Source of the DNA: Phoronis australis
Lineage: Eukaryota; Animalia; Phoronida
Assembly: GCA_002633005.1 (NCBI GenBank)
Contig: NMRA01000298.1
Location: 349,474-413,473, forward strand
Direction: 5' to 3'
Length of the DNA: 64,000 bases
Part shown: in pieces, positions 22,101 through 36,400 of the stretch
Numbering within the stretch: position 1 is the first letter of the stretch
Layout: each line of letters starts with the position of its first letter
The notes under the pieces: model-generated
Databases searched by the model: none
Seen by the model: the letters and a program-made list of their open reading frames with translations, nothing else
What the model was told of the DNA's origin: nothing
Position numbers and translations under genes: made by a program

Positions 22101-25100
22101 CTTCTCAATTTAACAAATTAGAACTAAATCCTACAATTTCAAGAGATAGCCAGTCTCCGTTTTATGAAATTAGACAGGAACTAACACGTGTGGATTTAAC
22201 ATCCAAGTAGACCATTGTCAAAGTTCGGAATATTCGGGATCATTGCAATGTTGATTTGACTTTCTTTTAAAAGAAATTGCAATGCCAACAAAAAACGAAT
22301 TCGTCTATCATCCTCCAACCTCTTTATTCTCCCTTCCAGCTGATTCACAGACGATGCCTTCACAACCAGAAGATACACTGTACCCGTCTAGATGCTATTC
22401 CACTGCCATGATTACAGGTACCTTGGTTCATTTCCATCAAAACCTATGTTCCCAACCCCAAGCATGGTAGTCCCCTTATTCTTTTGTTCGACCTCTTGCT
22501 CTACACCCGGTACATGAGCCCATGTGCGCGAATGACGCTTTCATCGGGCGTGTTTTGAAATGAACAGTGACCTCGGCAAAATTTTCAATGAAACGGGGCC
22601 GCAAAATTGAAATGAGTTTTGAGCGGAGAACTTTTCAGCAGTAAACTGGGTTTCATGGCCCAGCTGTGGCCCTAGTGGTAGCTGAAAGTGAAGACAACTC
22701 CATTTTGTTTCACCATTGAGTTATTTCGGCTTTCAGAAGAGGCGAGAGTCATGTGACTAAGGAAGCCGTCACCATGATGTTCTACATTTACTTCTCCGGA
22801 GAATTTTGTTTAAAAACTCAAACAAACATGTGGTCAGAATACATCTTAATTAGCGAACGCAAAAGTTTTGCTTCACCAACTTTAAGAGAAGGCTAGTCAA
22901 AAAACTCCTGATCCACGGATAAAACGAAAACTGCTGCTGCTGCTGCTCCTTGTGTTGGATTTTGTTTAAATGAATATCTTCCAAGTTTGGAAGACTTTTA
23001 CAGTTTTCTGCCAAATTAGCTGATATTTGAAACAACCGTGCCATATTGAAATTTCACATCCTGTCTTTCGGCTATTCGGTCTTTGGTAGACATGGACAGG
23101 GGCTCTGCGCCACCTACAGATCCCATGTAATGCGGACTTGGGTCCAACCTGTTGGTAAATGCATAAACAGCGTTTTTAAAACACCAGCCCTGGTATTATT
23201 ATGCTGACAAATTTCTTCCGCTTAAGAAAAAGTGAACACCTCTTGCAATACCAAAGGTGAAGGATATAATTCTCCACATATTTCCCACGGGAAAAAGAAT
23301 TGCGCAAATACGAAGACAGTCCGGCGGTGACTGACAGAGCTGGATAATTCCGCTACCAGTCGATATCAAATAGCTAAGGTAAATTAGTGAAATTAATCTA
23401 ATCAAAGAACCAAAAGGGTTAACAATGTAATTTACTGTTTTGTTTTTAAATTAATGTACCACTATGTACGTAGTACCTCAAAAGTTTCTGTCCACCGATT
23501 CTCAGCCGGTTTATTTGAAGCGGATGTCGCTTTCGCACTGCCCTTATTCTAGAGAGCGCCAATATGAAAAGTCCGTGATTCTCTCTAGGTTATTTGGTTT
23601 AGAAAACTAATGTACATGGCCAACGTTCAATGTTGGATTTTCCCAGAATTAAAATCCACATTATTGCTATCGATTTGCCAATGCCTAGTAACGCTGTGGT
23701 TAATCCGGTCAAAAACAAAAAGTATTGTATGTGTTAATTGTAAATTGTCTAGTTCGTGTTGTCAAGGTTTAAAGTATTTATTGTGCCGGCGTGATCTATT
23801 TTGCGTTTACCCGATAAAGGTATCGTTCACGTAATCGATTTCTTTAGAAACGTCCCAATGCTTGTTTAAGATGAAATCCGAAACGCAGATCTAACTATCT
23901 AATGTTTGTACACAATACGTAAACGCGTAATCAACATTAGAACCTTTAAAAGTCGTCTTCTTGGCCCAGAATGACAACATTATGTACAGCGTAACCTCCG
24001 AACTCAGACTGAACTCTGCATCGAACTCGAAACTTAACCTTCGCGTTGCATTAATGAAGTGCAGTAGTTCAAAGTTGTATTTCCTCTTGTTAACTGGCTA
24101 AAAAGCGAAAATTGATTTAAGACTTTTACTCGCTTTAAATTGGTTCCAGCATTCCTTACAGTGGTAGAAATCTATTTATGGGACCAACAGTATCACCGGC
24201 TCATAAAATGCTTCAAAGCTTATTGAGGTTGGCCAACGTTAAAATTGTGAATTCGAAAAAAGTGCGACATCATTAGTTTAAAGGTCACTTATTTGCAGAA
24301 TATTTTGTTTTCACATTTACAAGTTGTCAGTAAATACAACTGCACTTTGTTTAGGGCAGATAATGTTAAAATAGCATTGTCGTTTAGTTCCTGTCATGCA
24401 TTTGCATAGTTAGGAGCATGCAAATCACATCTTTAAGTTTACTTGACATTGTTCATATTTATCCGCCAAATTTCCCATAATCCCATCGATTGGTAACATA
24501 ACAAGCTTGCCTGTAAAATAACACGATTTTTGCTATTTACTCGACAAACATGGGATCGTTAGTCAGTCTTTACACACAAAATAGTCAGATTTCTACTATT
24601 TACGCGACAAGCTGTCGGTGGTCATAACGTCAGAATACTATAGTGTATCCCAAATAAATAGGATGCTTATTTTTCGGCTTAATAATCTGAGGTATTATCA
24701 GCAAATCGGGTTGGAGCATTATATTTGAAATTGGTTAGGGTATGGTTTAACCTAATAAAATGTCCAAAGTTGGTGATTTGAAGACACGAACTTGCCACAC
24801 GAACATTCAAAATGAAACCCATCGAACACGTCATTTAATTACATGATCTCTATTGGATTTTCGTGAGCATCGGTAAATAATGCAATTAATCACGTGGCTC
24901 CGTATTTTTTTTCTTACAGTCAAATCAAACAAAGCACAGTTCTCTATAAATTGTCGGTTAAACAGTTCGAATTCAGCAACATCGTTCACTTTGTTCAGTT
25001 GTGCTTAGCACAGCATAACTGATTTCATGACACTCACGGTGACTCTGAAAGTACAATGTATTCTATTTGTAAAATATCGGCCTTGTCCCGTAACCATATC

Positions 25101-25520
25101 ATATGACCTGAAAACTGTGTCCGGTGAATGGCAAAAATCGCATTACTTGGTCGACAAGGTTGTTACGTCCCACCCCATCGCCGATAACGTACATGTACAT
25201 GTACGTCTGTCAAGTGAATGCCAAAAATTGGCTTAGTTGGCTGACATGTCGGGTTTATTATCACTTCCTTTGCTGCTGTATAATCAAAACCGATATACCG
25301 ATGTGCGTGTTGATCGCTGGTGGTGTTCAAGTTGATTTCTTTCAATTTCTTATTGTCAGGTATGGTCTAGGCCCTACATTTCTTCCCAAGTATTCAAAAC
25401 AAAATCTCTATCCTGCAGTGCCGTATAATCCACATATATCTATGTGAGAACCATAGTTACGTACATGTAAGACCGTATTGCTATTCTGTATATTTAACCA
25501 AATATCAAAAAAATTACATT

Positions 25521-25966
25521 TTAACCACTTAAAGCTCATAGTTTCGGAACGTAGAAAGCCTAGTGAATTTGGCTTTGGCCTTTGTACCAATTTCATTAGG
25601 TCACGTGACCGTGTTTTTTAAAAGATATGTCACGTGACATAATAAAAATATTATTTAGCAAAAAATCATTTTAACCGCTTAAAGCACATAGTTTCGGAAC
25701 GTAGAAAGCCTAGTGAATTTGGCTTTGGCCTTTGTACCAATTTTATTAGGTCACGTGACCGTGTTTTTAAAAGATACGTCACGTGACATAATAAAAATAT
25801 TATTTAGCAAAAAATCATTTTAACCACTTAAAGCTCATAGTTTCGGAACGTAGAAAGCCTCGTGAATTTGGCTTTGGCCTTTGTACCAATTTTATTAGGT
25901 CACGTGACCGTGTTTTTTAAAGATACGTCACGTGACATAATAAAAATATTATTTAGCAAAAAATCA
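25521..25966. repeat. 3 x ~150-bp near-perfect tandem repeat, each unit with two GTCACGTGAC palindromes
   Basis: Units start at 25521, 25671 and 25820 (TTAACC(A/G)CTTAAAGC...GTAGAAAGCC...GGTCACGTGACC...GTCACGTGAC). A related diverged unit lies near 48830-48930. Confidence 0.92.
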
Positions 25967-26189
25967 AGGTACATTGATAGCAAAACAACGGCATCGATAA
26001 CACGATTATAATTTATCTCATTTAAATGTTCAAGGTGAGATCTGGAAGCGCTGCTAAAATTATCATTTCGTTTTCGTTTCGTGCAACATCAGAACAAAAA
26101 ATCATGAAAACCACAAAAGTCCTATTTTTGATAGCAATTGGTGCAAAAGTAGAACATTTTAAAACAATCTTTAAACATTTTGGTAACCT

Positions 26190-27599
26190 TCAAAATGGAG
26201 AGAGGCAACACGGCCTTGGCTATGATGTGGTGTGGACACTGTCCGAACCATATCGTGGACGTCACCATCATCTTTACTACGACCGATTTTTCTCCTCAGT
26301 GACACTGGCAGAACACCTCAAATTGGAAAGCACTTACACCTGTGGGACAATAATGAATAACCGCAAAGATTTACCAGCCTGTTTCAAGAGAGCCAAGCTG
26401 AAGAATACTGGTGATCTTATTCAAAAACAAAAAGGGGAAATGGTAGCTACTATGTACAAAGACAAGCGGACTCTCACGTTTCTCTCGACTATCCACAAAC
26501 CATTCGTGGGTGAGGGAAAGCCTGAAGTCAATCTGCGTTACAACGATTTCATGGGTGGGGTGGATAAGTCAGACCAGATGCGATCTTACTACCCTGTAGG
26601 CAGAGCATGCAAAAACTGGTGGCGCTATTTGGCATGGTTTGCGTGAATTTGTCTCTTGTAAATGCATTCATTCTTAGTACGAAGAGTCATCATGCGCCAC
26701 CTTTGCCAAAGTACTACGACTCGGTGCGGTTCCGCATGGAAGTAATTGAACAGCTATTAAACGGGTTTACGTGTCGGCAACGTAAAGCAGGAAGGCGGTC
26801 GAAGGACTGCGCAGATGTTGTTGTTAACCAGGCAGCCATTGGACATCATAAAATTGTAAAAGTTCAATGTGTAATGAACAATCGCAAAACACCAAAGGGT
26901 TACCCCATCGAGACTTCATTTATGTGCTCTTTTTGTGAGGTGCCCCTGTGCAGAGTGAATTGCTTTACAATATTTCATGACAGGAACTTGGCAAACTAAC
27001 TAAAAGTAGAAACTATCGCATGACTGGTGTTAAATAATCGTTCATAATTATGTACCTGATTACTGAATTTATTTTGAAATTATAGTTTGCTCCATTGATG
27101 CATAGAGTCCATGTTCAAACAGAAGTAAGAAGCACTGAAGTCAAAGTAGAAATGAAGGAACAACCATCTGAGGCAAATTCATTTGTCTTCACGTTTTTAT
27201 ACCTGTAAATTATAACAAGTTTCTGATATTTTTTCTCATTTTGTGATACTCCAGTGCTTGCTTATTGTTATGGACACTTGTCAACACAAAACAACCAAGG
27301 TTTTGGTTTCTAATATTTTTTTATTTCAGTCACTTCAGAAAACAGTTCAAAAACATCAAATTCACACAATTTACCTGTAATTTACCTGTATTTCCTCAAG
27401 TATTGGGACCCCGTAGGCAGATGTTCATATAAAGTAAACCCTCTTGAGTGTCTGCTGAAAATTTGAAGGACTTACCTCTAACAGTTTTGAAGATATAGTT
27501 GTCTTTGTGGATGTGGGTAATTTCAACATGAAATGGCAGAAATAATGCAAGCAAATGAGGGTTGTGTGGTGCTGAGAAATGTAAGTGCGAAAGGGTTAA
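26190..27599 (+). mobile_element. piggyBac transposon remnant (5'-truncated PGBD4-like transposase + right end)
   Basis: LYYDRFFSS, GTIMNNRK, KDKR..FLST, YNDFMGGVDKSDQ and a C-terminal Cys-rich domain (CSFCEVPLC..NCF..FH); frameshift near 26640; terminus GTGCGAAAGGG followed by TTAA at 27596-27599. Confidence 0.9.
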
Positions 27600-29054
27600 A
27601 TGATAATATCTGAAGATTTCATAAGAATAAACTCACCCATCTCTGAGACTATACTGCCCCCGAAGGTTGCCAAATTTGTACATCTTTCTATCGGCCTACG
27701 TAAGCTTAAGATTACTATGGATTCCGATAATAAACCGTGACATCTAGCGATTACTCTGGGATAGATAAATGTTTCGTGACTTTCGAGGTTTTGACGTGTA
27801 TATTTAAGAGAACATGTTCATCTGGTGGGCGAATGCCATTGAAGTTCTTCTCAACAGTAGACAGGGTAGAAGGACATGCGGATTCGCTTACTTGAATACA
27901 CCTCTGTGGCATTCAACGTTTACGTGTACATGTATATATCGTCTAATAGTAATCATAATTGTCCTTTTCGAATGTCCGTTAGTCCTTTCTCACCTTCTAA
28001 TTTTTTCTGACATTTTACGAATCTGACAATATTTAGGTCACGAGACAATGTCCTTTCAGTAAAATGTGACAAAACGGGAAAACAAACAACAAACCGACGG
28101 CATCAATAACATTGTCAAAGTTTGTTTAATACACTTGTACAGTTGAAGGTGTTCAAGATTAAATTTCGAAAGTACTTTCTAAATTATCATTTCTTTTATA
28201 CAATTTTTTAGTTTTTACCTGGAAATCATAAAAGTCCAATTTTAAAAACACTCCTAACAGTGTTTTGGAAAACTTTACGTAAAACATAAACTCTGAAAGT
28301 CTCATACGAAACCGACCACCTGCTCTTCAGAGATACGGTGTACTGAAGTTGACGAAATTCTGACATGTTTTTATTGCCCTACTTATCGTCACAAGATATG
28401 AACTGTACATTCTGTTAACTCATCTGAGGCACGGTCAATCAAAAAGGTCAAAATTGCTACAACGTGGCACGAACAGTTACATAAACTTTGATCGTTCATA
28501 TAGTCGATAAGAAGGTCATTTTTTATTTGTCATTGTCCAAGGATTGGTGGTTAACGTTCAATAACAAGAGCAATAGGCGATTGATTTGTTCACGGAAACT
28601 CATGTTTTACCGAGCTCGGCAGTATCGATGAGACGTAATTGAATGTCAGTTGTCCTTGGAAACGTGTTGTGATGTTTATGTACCTAATTGAGTTGGTCAA
28701 TGCGTTGACGCGGTGGTCAATAACTATCATTAACTAGTGTGACCTCACAACTGGCCTTCAAATTAAGGCAACCGTCCAAAAACACAGGGGCAGAGTAGCC
28801 TGTAAGATACATTTCTCGAAAATTTGCGGCGACAAAGCTTTGCTTAAAAAGAAATCAAGGAAACCGTATTTTTTTTCCGTAAGACAACACTTCCAATGGC
28901 GTTCGCCAGTATTACACTCTCTGCCAGTAGGGGCGCTCTCGAGAGTACTGAGAGCATGACTCATCCCGACTCGATTTGGTGGACAGGAATTCAATTGCTA
29001 CATAGTAGTTCATTAATTTAGAAACCGAGGAGTAAATTCCAAATAGCGATCCAA

Positions 29055-29216
29055 CAGGGGCTGATCCAGGATTCTTAAAAAAGGGGAGTCTAATCAAAGA
29101 TTTTAAAAAGGGTGGTCCAGGTCAACAATTTGAAAATTCTAGATTTGATATCACTAAAATCATTTGAAAAGGGGGCGGGAGTTCGGACCCCTTTGACGCC
29201 CATGGATCCACCTGTG
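29055..29216. mobile_element. short MITE with CAGGGG(C)GGATCC-type termini
   Basis: CAGGGGCTGATCCAGG ... TGGATCCACCTGTG. Related ends occur at about 15718, 29630-29645 and 44066-44363. Confidence 0.55.
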
Positions 29217-32200
29217 CTCAACTGAGTTGGCTAGATCTTTTGCGTATTTGTTTCGTTCTTCACTCACAGTGTTATATTTTTCTATCATTTTATCTTTATT
29301 ACGAGCTCCTTGTTTGACGTTTTCTAGTAATCATAACTAAAATATTTAGGGTCTTAGTCCTTAAATTAGGGGCGTTGCATGTAAAGATCCCTACTTACTC
29401 TCAATAATTTTGAGAACTGAACGTACAGTACAAAACTAAGTAGATTTAAGGAACATAGTGGAGTCGCTGGGGATTGTTTCGGGTAACCGGACATTGGACC
29501 CCGTGCATCCGTGCCCGATGGGATCTGAAATGGGTAGCGAAATGAGGTGGGCAGTGAGGGTGCGAATGTCTGACGGCCAAAATCCTGGCTAATACTCTGC
29601 CCTGCGGCCCCCCCCCCATAACTAAAAGTATGGATCCGCCCCTGGTGGGTTGTGGTGAATGAAACTCGATGCAACAAGGGTAGCGGGTTCTGAAAACCAG
29701 CTAGAGATGGATTTCCTGCCTGCAGCCCAGTAAACCTGCCTTGTATGAGCCCATAAAACAGCCGAGATACCTACATGTATTGACTGCGAATTCCATTTAG
29801 AGTAGTTTTTACGATGCTTTCCAGCTCTCATAAACCATTCACGTTTTAGTAAATCAACTATCAGCAGTTAGTTAAAGGCATATTCAGCCTACATCAGCAG
29901 ATAAAAATGGTCAACTTCAAAGTGAATAACATAAGAACGCCTTATTTCCTGACTTTATGCTTTAAGACACGTGCCAAAACAAATATCTAAACAAACGACA
30001 TCGTCTCTGGATGTAACGGGGTTTCCAATGTAATATACATACTACCCAAGTACCCACCGATGTAGGGCTCAGTATGCCTTTATAAGAACACTTCCTGCAA
30101 CATTTCCTATGACAAATTAACAAGCAGGTTACCAAACCATACAATTAATATTTAGTATGCACTGAAGTCCATAACGTGATAGAAAATAAATGTGCACCTC
30201 GAACTGCTGTCAAAGTTGCACAAAAGAGATGCGTCTCCGCCGTATGCCTCTTTGTCATGTTTCGTTAAACACTGTTAAGCCTCTTTGACAATAATTTTGG
30301 GCAAGCATTGTACTGTGAAGTTTCTCTAGAATATGTCAAGTCACAGGCAGGAAAAATATTAAGGATGCAGAAAATGCTGCAAAAATGTCCATATTATCGC
30401 ATAAGTGAGCGTTAACTACGTACAGGTGTATATAAAATAACCAGGGCTTGTCAATAATTTGTAAACAGGAGACACTGAATGCACCCAGTTCTGTACCTCT
30501 CATTACTGTCACATAATATGTAATATTGATTAACGACAGCCAGGATGTTGACTGTATGGGGTCACAGGAAATAATTTGAATAAGCGAATAAATAAAAAAT
30601 AGTCAGTAATTCCAAAATCATGGAAACCATTTAAGATAATTTTTATGTAAGCGACCAAATGCAGGGAACAGTAAATCAAATCACCTAGCCCATTACTGGT
30701 TGACTGTCAACAGTTTCACGCAAAACATCCTTTGTTTCAATCATTAACATCTATCTAAACCAGTGGGGAAGCGCAATTTTCAATTAAATGCTGCTGCAGC
30801 CGGAGGCAATGCAAAAAGCACCATGACTGCTTTTTTACCGGCCGGAGCCGTCTTATCTTCCCATATACTGGGGCACGGGTCAAGGCTATGGTGATCAACG
30901 GCGGTTTTAAATTTAATGAGGCTGAATGGGATTCCCTGACTTCGTGAAGACTGGCAGGGACAGGGTGGCCTACTACCTACATGTACATTTAGTTTCAACC
31001 CAGCCGTGCGCGTGGTTCCGTGGGTGAGGTTGAGGCTCAGCGGCCCTGAACTTCAGTCGCACTGCGATGCTATCTTAGTTGACATAAATTTGAGGAATGT
31101 ATCGTGGTTTCTAATTCATTAATATTCCTACTTCATATTATTTTAATACAAATGCGTACTCATTTTTCCGTGTTAGAACGTGCGGGCAATTTCGCATGCA
31201 CATTGAAAATGAATCTAGACAGTAATCACTTTACTGGCCAGCTAGACAAACTGTATTAGTACCTGGGCGTCGTTTTCGATGTAGGTACAAGTAATAACTG
31301 AGATATCGTTTATTTTTGCAGGCAAAAATATAAACATTACTCCTGAGTTTAGATATTTTCGGAGCAGTGAACCTTTGGAGAAGTAAACCTTCGAAATACA
31401 TGCAGTGGGCTGTTCCCAATTCCAGCGATGTACATGTAAGAACTGTCAGTAACGCGCAAAAATACAACCAGATAAACAATTTCGCCAAGTCATTCTCCGA
31501 CTAAACTTTATATTTTCGCCCGAATATGTAATGAGGTGTAATCACTCATTTAAGCATGAATGATTTGAAATTTTGTCAGGAGGTAACGTGGCAATACTCT
31601 CTTGTTGTACCACATTACATCCGAATTGGTGTCCCGTTCTTTGCGAGTAAAAGGCACAGCATCCTCATTTCTGTTATTACAAGTCCCGTCTCATCTAAGG
31701 AACATAGAGCTGGGAGTCATCGTCGTGTGTACTGAAATTGTCCTTCCTTCTAAATAAGTTGCGCCAAAGGCCTTACCGAAAACTCTACAGTATCGACGTT
31801 TGCAAAATACCACAGGTCCACCGTTCTAGAAATTCTATCCATCCCCGTTCAATGCTGGCTACGGGCCTGAAGTTAACTGCGATAAGCCATGTGTTGTTTT
31901 CCGCATTGCACTCCCGGGACTACTTTTAACAGAGCTGTATGTACTCAGACATGGAAAGTACAGAACGTGGTTCAATGTTGACGGCTCCATCATCTCGTTA
32001 AGACATTCCCAGATGAAATCGAATTCTCGTAATCATATGGCAGAAGTATTTCCATGTATGCAAGATAACCTATATTTATTACGTTACTTGTGTTTTGACG
32101 TCAAACACGTGTGTGTAACTTGCAGTTTTTCCCCAAGCCTGAATGCTTCTTCGCGTCTTCGCGAGACAGTGTATCTCAAATTTCCTGATGCTTACTTGTA

Positions 32201-32474
32201 AAACGAGCGATATGAAATCAACAGTAAGCTATGTTGAGTGGATATGTTTCAACAAAAGAGCGCCTCCCCAGCCTCACTTACATTCGGGATTCCTGTACCC
32301 TGATAGTGAAGACGAAAATCCTCTAATAGAGCCTTGCACACAAACGCCTCTTAGAGCAAGATCGTCGGATGATGACGACAGCCTATGGAAAAGACTTGCC
32401 GTGCAAGGAGCAAAGCTAAATGCGACTCGTCAAGTGATAGCAAGTTTCCAAGGTATACGTGTTAGTTACAGCAC

Positions 32475-32652
32475 TGTGCAGGCCCAAATTGTCACACCCT
32501 CCTTAGTTGTCACGGCTACAAAATTGTGACAATTTGTGTCCGCGTTGCAGGTCTCAATTTGGCCCCAATTTTTATGTGTGTCAATTTGGAGTCAAATTGT
32601 CACAACGTCCCAAACTGTCACAATGTTGAAGCTGTGACAATTTGCCTACACA
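32475..32652. mobile_element. MITE-like foldback with AAATTGTCACA/TGTGACAATTT sub-repeats
   Basis: TGTGCAGGCCCAAATTGTCACA ... TGTGACAATTTGCCTACACA, plus internal copies of the motif. Confidence 0.5.
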
Positions 32653-33719
32653 CATATCTCCTTTGGGGCGTCGGTTTCAAGTCAAATTGTGTGCAACCTG
32701 GTTAGGGGATCACTTTTGTTCACCAAAAGGTTTTGCCCACCTGTCATCTACTCCACATTCACCCGCACCGTCGTCGTTGCCACACATACGACCAACAGGA
32801 AGTAAACAGTTGGAAGTCGGAATTGTTTGGCAAAATCAGGAGAGTGGATCGGGAAACACAAGCCTCCAGTGTCTGCGATCGTCTGCGTTCCTGGTTGGCA
32901 AGAGGAGTTCGACATTGAGCGGTGCACTACTTTTTCAAGGGGAGACATCGAAGAGGTATGCGTAAATTTTCTGAGAGCCGAGCATGGCACAACCTTTTTT
33001 GTTAGTCGACGGTTTCGGCGTCAGCTTTGGCGACCTCAGATTTCGTTTGGCGACGCAAAAGGCGTCAAGGTAAGCGTTAAGCGCTGGAATTTCAGAATCC
33101 GGTCAGGAGTTTGCGCAAGAAGTTAAATTTGCTGGCGTCATACCGATCGTAAGAAAACGACAGCACTTAAATTAATTCTTGCCCCTGTGTTCTGTTTTGC
33201 CATTGTAGGACCAAGTCCAGACCGTTACAACAACGAGATTCCACTTGGAAGTGAGGCTCCGGCATTTTCTTTCGGCGTGAAACCCCCTCCCTTGTCAGGT
33301 ACGTGAGTTTCCTAATGAAAACACCGGGAAATAAATCAAGAACGCCTAAATCAATACAGCGTGACAACACCGACTGAATACATCACTTTGAAACTGTAAG
33401 AAATTAATCTAAATGTTTTTTATGGAATAATAATTTCATTTAATAGGAAGGTCTCACAAAATCTCCTTCTCGGACGGGCAAAGGGAACAGTTCTATTAAA
33501 TAGCACTTTCAAACAGGGAGTTTAGTTAATAAAATGGCCAAGCGCCATCCAAACTTCTCCGTTTCGCAACAACTTTCTGATTTACTAACGGTTTTTGGGC
33601 TTTCCCTGGAATTTGACGTACAAGTTGGTCAGTGTGAGTAATTGGTCCAACAAGAATCGGGAAAATGGGACAGTAGAACCAGTTATTATTTGTAACGTCA
33701 ATCAAAACTGAGATGTTCT

Positions 33720-34020
33720 CGTTCGGAATATGGCAATGAGTAGATATTTTCTTGTTGAACAAAGGTTACTAGATAAATGGAAATTACGCCAAGCCGATGA
33801 CTCATCAACGATCTTCAAGGGGCATGGAACCCGAAAGTTCGTCACAAATATCTTTTAAACTATTCATTACGAAAGTACCATATCGGAATATGGTGATGAG
33901 TAGATCTGCACAAAGGTTACGCCAAGTCGATGACACATCAACGATCTTAAAGAGGCACAAAACGCTAAAGCTCTTCAAAAATATCTTTTAAACAATTGAT
34001 GACGAAAGTACCATCTGGCA
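33720..34020. repeat. diverged ~130-160-bp direct tandem duplication
   Basis: TTACGCCAAG.CGATGAC.CATCAACGATCTT...AAATATCTTTT...ACGAAAGTACCAT appears twice. Confidence 0.6.
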
Positions 34021-34881
34021 ACGTTTAATAAAGAGTTATTCACCTCCCCCCGTGAGGAAATTTCCAGAAAAAAATCACAGAACTCATGATTTTTTAAATA
34101 CGCGAGAAGGAAAAACTCAACGAAGTGACGAGCAGTTGACACAATCGTTTTCTTTTTTAAATTTGAAACTAAAAGAAACGGCTTTGACATCAGCAAAATT
34201 TCAAAACCTATACAAACAAATTGTGAAAATACCTGGTGAACAGGTTGAATTCCGTTTCAGTGGCAGAAAACTACTTTGAATGATGCCATTTAGTCCGTTT
34301 TTCGCGTTCCTGTCCTCTTTGAAACGTACCAAATCCTGTCGCGTGCCAATCTCCAAAAAAAGGCAATTGGATTCGGCGACGTACTGTTTCGTTGTCTTCT
34401 TATACTGAAAATTTAGTCGCGATTTGTGATTCAAACATTGACCACGAGGAGAGTGGACAGTTTGGACATGTCAATCAAGCTAATAATTCCAGAAAATCAT
34501 AAATCAGGGCGCCGGAGCAGGTGAACAAAAGGGCAGTTGGTTGCGAACGGCGGCATGCATGCAGGAGGTCTTAGGGTGTGCTTGGCGGGGCACTCTCAAT
34601 GTAAGTCAACGATTTAAGGAGGAAGAACGAAAACTTGCATGTACCCGACTTCACGATAACCTGAGTATACACTGAACGTCTGGATAAATCATAGTATCTC
34701 TCTATAAATTAGCACACAGCGGAATTAATTACCCCAGCGTTTGACAAATATTTTTTTATTTTGTGGCAAAAACTACCAACAAACTTTCAGTTGGTAATAA
34801 TTTATATCCTAACATCACTTGCCCTGAAATAGCACTAACATGTACAGTACATGTAATCTTGTTGCGGAATGTAAAGCAACT

Positions 34882-35119
34882 CATGCGCGCACCCAGCCTT
34901 TAATATGGGGGGCTCGAATTTATGACGATGCGGATCTTTTGCTGACCATAAAGCGGGATCGACTAAAACAAGCGGGTTACCACCTTCAGAACTGTTCGTG
35001 TGCACCTTTTTAGTGGACTTTTTCTCGGATTTTTGTTTCGCTGAGGCGGATCTTTTTGTCAACTTCGCCAATTGGGGGCTCATTCGTGCCCCCCCCGCGC
35101 CCCCTTGGGTGCACGTATG
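34882..35119. mobile_element. MITE (CATGCGCGCACCCAG-type TIR), possible CAACT duplication; diverged relative at ~37000-37254
   Basis: CAACT|CATGCGCGCACCCAG ... TTGGGTGCACGTATG|CAACT. The internal sequence is shared in inverted orientation with ~37000-37254. Confidence 0.55.
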
Positions 35120-35451
35120 CAACTAATACATCAATGGTGTCCAGATGAATCAATCAGAGTTCTAGTGGATGAAGCTTAGCGTGCCAAAAGGCTGGAGTAG
35201 TCTATGAATAAGCTCGAATACTTGGTATCGTTGATATAGTTTCTATGCTTCCACGGGATCCGTCTTGCCAATACATTGAATTTTATGAAGTCCTTAAAAC
35301 GATAAGGGTTTTGCTATGGAGGCAATGAAAAAACACCTCCCCTTGTTGCCACCACGGAAGGATTGTCAAATAATGGAGTGTAAGTTTACTAGTTTATTTT
35401 GAAGTCCGGTTATTTTAATGAAATGAAACTCTTAATTGTTTTCCGCTGCAG

Positions 35452-35565
35452 CGACACTACCGTATGGTCCAGGGCCGGGTGAATACAACATCGCTGAGTT
35501 GACATGTAAAGGAACATTCCCAAAAATAATGGTTTCCATCAGCGGATTGCGTAATGACATCTTTG
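35452..35565 (+). CDS. candidate exon with SHIPPO/PGP repeat (TLPYGPGPGEYNIAELTCKGTFPKIMVSISG), ODF3/CIMAP1-like
   Basis: Pyrimidine-rich CTGCAG acceptor, GTGAGC donor, 114-nt phase 1-1 open exon. The PGPGxY motif followed by S-I-x-G resembles ODF3-family repeats. Confidence 0.45.
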
Positions 35566-35597
35566 GTGAGCACCATTAATTGTTACAGTGGCTAGTA

Positions 35598-36400
35598 GCA
35601 GGTTGGGTAGAGGCTGCCGAGCGTGGATGTGTTGATGGATGTATGGATGCAAAGGTGGGTGGATGGATGGATGAATTGACAGGTCGATGATTGGATGGAT
35701 GGGTGGGTGGGTAGGTGGGTGGATGAATGGGTGTATAGTTGGATGGATGGGTAAGTGAATGGGTGGCTGGATGGATGGAATAGTAGATGGATGGATGGGT
35801 AGACGGATAGATTAGTGGATGGATGGGTGTTTGAATGAGCGGCTGGGTAGATGAATAGGTGGACGGGTAGATGACTTCACAAATGTATAGGTGGATGATT
35901 GGATGGATAGATGGATGGGTGGATGGATGGATGGATGGATGGGTGGATAGTTGGATGGGTGGATGAATAGGTGGTCGGGTAGATGAATGCACAAATGTAT
36001 AGGTGGAGGATTGGATGGATGGATGGATGGGTGGATGGATGGAAGAATAGATGGACGGATGTATGGGTGGATAAATGGTTGGGTGAATTGACAGGTGGAT
36101 GATTGGATGGATGGATGGATGGATGGATGGATGGATGGGTGGATGAAGGGGGATGGAAAGACGGAATTTTGGATGGATGGAATAATGGATGGATGGGTAA
36201 ATGGATAGATTAGTGGATGGACAGGTGAATCCGTGGGTGTCTGGGTAGATGAATAGGTTTACGGGTAGATGGATGCGTAAATGAATAGGTGGAGTATTGG
36301 ATGGATGGATGGATGAGTAGGTGAATGGATGTATGGGTGGGTGGGTGCATGGGTGGAGGATTGGATGAATGGATGGGTGGGTAGACAGGTAGATGGATGA
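35598..36400 (+). repeat. degenerate (GGAT)n/(GGGT)n simple repeat
   Basis: About 800 bp of GGATGGAT variants; explains the His-Pro-Ser-Ile ORFs on the minus strand. Confidence 0.97.

Noticed and set aside
21940-22470. Possible LINE 3' fragment on the minus strand
   Set aside because: Composition is suggestive, but no diagnostic motif could be read.
25521-25966. Regular repeat array as a CRISPR candidate
   Set aside because: Units are contiguous with no unique spacers, the context is eukaryotic and there are no cas genes.
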